A DNA stretch of 64,000 nt from Spirochaetia bacterium (lineage in GTDB: Bacteria; Spirochaetota; Spirochaetia; UBA9216), in NCBI GenBank assembly GCA_963675665.1, contig OY776510.1, positions 3,232,001-3,296,000 of the forward strand, read 5' to 3'. The number at the start of each line of letters is the position of its first letter. The stretch's first letter is position 1. A program made the translations under genes and the position numbers. Below are positions 59,987 through 64,000 of the stretch, one piece after another. The notes below the pieces were generated by a model, which saw only the letters and a program-made list of their open reading frames with translations, ran no database searches and was not told where the DNA came from.

Positions 59987-60689
59987 AAAAATTCTTGAGA
60001 TAAAAAATCTGACGGTAGCTTACGGTCATGTACAGGCTTTGTCGAATATAAGCCTTGATGTAGGCAGGGGGGAAATTGTTGTTCTGGTAGGAGCAAACGG
60101 AGCCGGTAAAACCAGTATAATGGAAACAGTTCTGGGTGCAAATGTTCCGGTAAGCGGAGAAATCGAGTTCAAGGGCCGGAAAATTCAGGGAGTTCCAGTC
60201 GACAGGAACGTAAGAAACGGAATGTTTCTGGTTCCGGAAGGCCGTGGCGTGTTTTCGTCAATGAATGTAATGGATAATCTTTTACTTGGAGCGCATCACA
60301 ACCTTAAAGAATCCGATAAAAAACTTGAACTTGTTTTTGATTCATTTCCGGTACTCGGTGAACGCAGAAACCAGATTGCAGGAACTCTCAGCGGAGGAGA
60401 AAGGCAGATGCTTGCCATTGCCAGGGCTCTGATGTCGTCTCCGGAGATGATAATGGTTGATGAGCCGTCGATTGGTCTTGCCCCGATTATTGTTAACGAT
60501 ATTTTTGAAATACTTGTCAATCTTAATAAGGAAGGGTATTCGATACTTCTCTCAGAGCAGAATGTATACAAGGCTCTCAAGATATCTCACCGGGGTTATG
60601 TGCTTGAGACGGGAAAAATCACGAAAAGCGGAACGGCAGAAGAGTTGTTGAATGATGAAGCCGTACGCGAAGCATATCTTGGAGCATAG
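59973..60689 (+). CDS. livF: Branched-chain amino acid-type ABC transporter ATPase (LivF-like)
   Basis: 'GANGAGKT', 'VPEGR', 'LSGGERQMLA', 'DEPSIGLAP'; TTG start after GGAGG. Confidence 0.9.
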   Translation: MAPNEKILEIKNLTVAYGHVQALSNISLDVGRGEIVVLVGANGAGKTSIMETVLGANVPVSGEIEFKGRKIQGVPVDRNVRNGMFLVPEGRGVFSSMNVMDNLLLGAHHNLKESDKKLELVFDSFPVLGERRNQIAGTLSGGERQMLAIARALMSSPEMIMVDEPSIGLAPIIVNDIFEILVNLNKEGYSILLSEQNVYKALKISHRGYVLETGKITKSGTAEELLNDEAVREAYLGA

Positions 60690-60692
60690 CTT

Positions 60693-61580
60693 ATGGAAAT
60701 ATTGATTGCTCAAATTTTCAACGGATTATCGATAGGAAGTATTTATGTACTGCTGGTAACAGGATTTAATCTTCTGCTTCTGGTAGCAATGATAATACAT
60801 TTTTCTTTTCCGGTTGTAGTTGTTTTTTCAATGTATATATCATGGTTTGTAATGAATGTTACCGGAAACGTTGCGCTTGGAATAATTCTGGGCATAGTGT
60901 CAGCTATAATCGTCAATATGATAACTGCCCCGATGTTTCAGCATATTATGAAAGAGCGTGGCTCGGTAGATATTAACGCGACGATGGTTATATCCATGGG
61001 TATGGGTATGATTATTACGGATATTCTTTCCCACACGTTTAACCAGGGCTTCCCTGTGGCCTTTCCGGATGCTTTGACCGGAAACGATAAAGGCGCTTTT
61101 ATAAGCGTCGGACTGGTAAGTATTTCAAGAGGACAGGTCCTTACGCTTATTATCGGCGTAATATTTGTTTTATTTTTATTCTGGCTGCTATATAAAACGC
61201 GTTCCGGCCGTGCTTTCCGCGCAATCGCCGAAGACCCGAACGGTGCAAAGCTTGTAGGCATTCCGCTGTTAAAAACAGGTTTTCAGAGCTATGCGCTGAC
61301 AGGCTTTCTCGGTGGAATGACGGCTGTGCTTATGGCGGTACTTCTGGGTTCAGCATCGGCCGGACTGGGCGACCAGCTAGGTCATAAAGTTCTTGCTGTA
61401 TCGATTATTGCAGGCCTTGGCAATCTGACCGGGGGCCTTATAATAGGGTTACTGCTCGGAATACTTGAAGCAATTATACAGGGCTATCTTGCCGGTTCGT
61501 GGTCGAACGCGATAGCGTTTATTATCATGCTGGTTGTAATACTTGCGAAACCCAAAGGGGTTTTCGGAAGCAAGCTTTAA
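60693..61580 (+). CDS. livH: ABC permease (LivH-like)
   Basis: 'NGLSIGSIYVL', 'GRAFRAIAED', 'GLGN', 'KPKGVFG'. Confidence 0.85.
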   Translation: MEILIAQIFNGLSIGSIYVLLVTGFNLLLLVAMIIHFSFPVVVVFSMYISWFVMNVTGNVALGIILGIVSAIIVNMITAPMFQHIMKERGSVDINATMVISMGMGMIITDILSHTFNQGFPVAFPDALTGNDKGAFISVGLVSISRGQVLTLIIGVIFVLFLFWLLYKTRSGRAFRAIAEDPNGAKLVGIPLLKTGFQSYALTGFLGGMTAVLMAVLLGSASAGLGDQLGHKVLAVSIIAGLGNLTGGLIIGLLLGILEAIIQGYLAGSWSNAIAFIIMLVVILAKPKGVFGSKL

Positions 61581-61592
61581 CTGGAGGTTATT

Positions 61593-62474
61593 GTGTCTTT
61601 AACTTTGTTTTATTATCTGGCGATAACCGCCATTTACATTCTTATGAGCTGGTCGATATATATTCCTTACCGGGTAGGACAGCTGCATTTTATAACAGTG
61701 GCAAACATGGCTATATCTGCGTATTTTGCAGCGCTGATGGCGATAAACTTTGCCTGGCCGTTCTGGCTTGTGCTGGTGGCCGGCACGCTGCTTGGGGCTT
61801 TAATCGGGTTTCTGGTTTCGTATGCAATCGGAGACGCCCCGTGCTTTGCAGTTGTAATTGTGGGATTTACTTTTATTTACCTGACAAAGACGATTATTGA
61901 AAATGTAGAAGCTTTCGGAGGCCCTCTGGGGATTTTCAGTATTCCGAAGATAATGCAGACTTCTTCCGACAACAGAACACTGCTTCTGATTGTAGTATAT
62001 GTCCTGGTTTTGGTAACGGGTTTTCTGATTAACCGCTTTGATCATTCAAGGCTGGGGCGGGCTGCGTCAGCAATATTTATTGATCGGGACCTCGCAGTTT
62101 CTTTCGGCGTTGATGTTAAAAAAATGGGAATGTTTCTGCAAACCTGGGCCAGTGCAATCGGAGGGATGTCGGGGGTTATGTATGCGTTCATAATGAGAAG
62201 CATTTCACCTAACCATTTCACATTCCATCTTATAGGAGTATGCATGACAATGCTTTTTGTCGGCGGGTATACGACAATGTGGGGAGCAATGCTGGCCGCT
62301 CCGATATTATGGGGATTTCCGCTTATCCTTCCTGAAGCACTTCAATCCTGGAATATAGTAATATACGGCGTACTTCTGATAATCGTACTGGTAATTAAAC
62401 CTGAAGGAATTATAACCAGACCCATGATAAAAAAAATGGAAAGTTTGCTGTCGCGGAACAGAAAAAAGGTTTAA
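61593..62474 (+). CDS. livM: ABC permease (LivM-like)
   Basis: 'GQL', 'SRLGRA', 'VGG', 'PEGI'; many TM helices. Confidence 0.85.
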   Translation: MSLTLFYYLAITAIYILMSWSIYIPYRVGQLHFITVANMAISAYFAALMAINFAWPFWLVLVAGTLLGALIGFLVSYAIGDAPCFAVVIVGFTFIYLTKTIIENVEAFGGPLGIFSIPKIMQTSSDNRTLLLIVVYVLVLVTGFLINRFDHSRLGRAASAIFIDRDLAVSFGVDVKKMGMFLQTWASAIGGMSGVMYAFIMRSISPNHFTFHLIGVCMTMLFVGGYTTMWGAMLAAPILWGFPLILPEALQSWNIVIYGVLLIIVLVIKPEGIITRPMIKKMESLLSRNRKKV

Positions 62475-62532
62475 AATAAAAAGGGGAATAGTACATTACA
62501 AATTAATGTACATAAAATAAATGGAGGAAAAC

Positions 62533-63759
62533 ATGAAAAAAATTCTAACACTTGTTCTAGTGAGTTTTCTACTGTTCTTTGTTTTTGCATGTCAAAAAGA
62601 AGAAGCGGCAAAAGCTGAAGAGAAAACTGCCGAAACAACTGCAGTTGCTGAAGAGAAAACTCCTGAGGTTGTAGTTGATGAATGGGAAATACCGTTTCTC
62701 AATTGTCTTACAGGACCTATCGCCAGTATTGGTGAATACCTGCAGTGGGGCGCGGAATTTGCTGCAGAGCAGATTAATGCAGCCGGGGGAATCTCCGGAA
62801 AACCCGTAACGATTGTCAGAGTTGATACCGGAATGAGTCCCGAGAAGGGTACTGTTGAAATGTCGAAGCTTGTAGAAGATGCGCTTGTAGTCATGGGCCC
62901 GGTTCCTGAGCCTGTTATTATGGCTGCTGTACCTATTGCTGCCGATGAAGGTCTTTACAGCTTTACGGCTACCACATCTTACGAATATGCCGCTGAATAC
63001 TTTCCTTGGGCAGTTTCATGGTTTTCTCCTACAGATGAAAAACTGCCGCCGATTGTAACAGCATGGGCTGAAAAGGTAGAAGCAAAGAATGTAGTTCAGT
63101 TTGTTGAAAATTACGGAGCATGGCCGGGAATGGCTGCTGCTCATGTTATCGGTCTTGAAAATGCCGGTTGTACCGTACTTGAAGATGTTGAGGTTCCTCA
63201 GGATGCTGTTTCATTCGGTCCTCTTATTGTAAAGGCCCTTGCTCAGGATCCGGATGCAATTGTTTTTGCATGTAATGCTGAAAAGGTCGCCAAGATTATA
63301 ATTGAACTGAAAAACAGGGGCTGGGAAGATATGAACAAGCTTCTTGTTTTCTCAAGTGCTGACGATGCCGCGCTTTACACTACAGGCGGAAGCAAAATCG
63401 ACGGAGTTATGATCTATAACTATAATGATCCTAATCTTGATACCGCAAGATGGAATGAGTTCAGACAGGGCTTCAAGGATGATCATGAAGGTATGGAGCC
63501 ATTCTCACTTTCGCCGAATTATTATGACGCAGTATATATGATTAAACGTGCTATTGAAGAAACCGGCGTTACCGGAGATCCTGCAAAACTTGCTGAAGAA
63601 AGAATCAAGATCAGAGATTACTGTAACGACATAAAGAACTTTGAAGGGCTTCAGTTTGACTGGAGTAACAAAGGCGGTTATCCTGCTGATAAACCTCTGT
63701 TCCTGTTTGAAATCAAGGGCGGAGCAAAAAATCTTGTTGCAAAGATAGTTCCTGAATAA
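62533..63759 (+). CDS. ABC substrate-binding lipoprotein (LivK/Peripla_BP_6-like); ligand unknown
   Basis: Lipobox 'VFAC'; 'LTGPIASIG', 'INAAGGISG', 'YDAVY'. Confidence 0.85.
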   Translation: MKKILTLVLVSFLLFFVFACQKEEAAKAEEKTAETTAVAEEKTPEVVVDEWEIPFLNCLTGPIASIGEYLQWGAEFAAEQINAAGGISGKPVTIVRVDTGMSPEKGTVEMSKLVEDALVVMGPVPEPVIMAAVPIAADEGLYSFTATTSYEYAAEYFPWAVSWFSPTDEKLPPIVTAWAEKVEAKNVVQFVENYGAWPGMAAAHVIGLENAGCTVLEDVEVPQDAVSFGPLIVKALAQDPDAIVFACNAEKVAKIIIELKNRGWEDMNKLLVFSSADDAALYTTGGSKIDGVMIYNYNDPNLDTARWNEFRQGFKDDHEGMEPFSLSPNYYDAVYMIKRAIEETGVTGDPAKLAEERIKIRDYCNDIKNFEGLQFDWSNKGGYPADKPLFLFEIKGGAKNLVAKIVPE

Positions 63760-63823
63760 AAAGTTGAAGGGGCGCCATAAATCGGCGCTACTCAGGCGGA
63801 ACCCCCGCCTGTTTATATAATAA

Positions 63824-63861
63824 GTCGCAGCCGGGGCATTCCTGACTGCGGCTTTCCTTTT
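63824..63861 (+). terminator. Probable terminator after the ABC operon (last of several hairpins)
   Basis: GTCGCAG...CTGCGGC stem followed by TTTCCTTTT. Confidence 0.5.
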
Positions 63862-64000
63862 ATATACTCAGTTATGTTCAGCGGTTCAAATCTATTGTTT
63901 TTACAATACGTGCTACAGTTCGGTTTACAGGAACATCTATTCCAAGTTTGTCTGCAGCTCGTACAATAGCATTATTTATAAAATCAATTTCAGTTGCGCT

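Overview
Chromosomal window from a free-living spirochaete (Spirochaetales-like, about 40-45% GC by eye, with DUF5312, the ispE-spoVG-tRNA-Gln-rplY-pth-tilS-ftsH block and CheX). Bases 1-28.4 kb are mostly housekeeping: argS, rplU-prp-rpmA-obgE-nadD-yqeK-LCP-rsfS, ftsH, a PDZ protease, a two-component pair, lepA and three tRNAs. They also hold a 98-aa hyper-acidic protein with its own promoter, overlapping rsfS antisense. Bases 28.4-46 kb carry a Na+-pumping (methyl)malonyl-CoA decarboxylase operon next to reductive pyrimidine catabolism genes (NCS2 permease, CoA-acylating ALDH, class III aminotransferase, preT/preA). The same stretch has a Na+/solute symporter operon facing an apparently domesticated, leaderless IS1595-like transposase gene. 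Bases 47.5-52.9 kb hold two tandem two-gene cassettes, each a CsgG/HfaB-like protein with Tyr-rich membrane hairpins plus a lipoprotein sharing an N-terminal R-x-N-x-x-D motif; this is the best candidate for an undescribed surface-display/export system. A complete class C group II intron, a complete IS66 splitting a flavin-reductase-like gene, ptb with a relic duplicated 3' end, and a liv-type ABC transporter follow. All family calls come from motif recognition by eye, not database searches.
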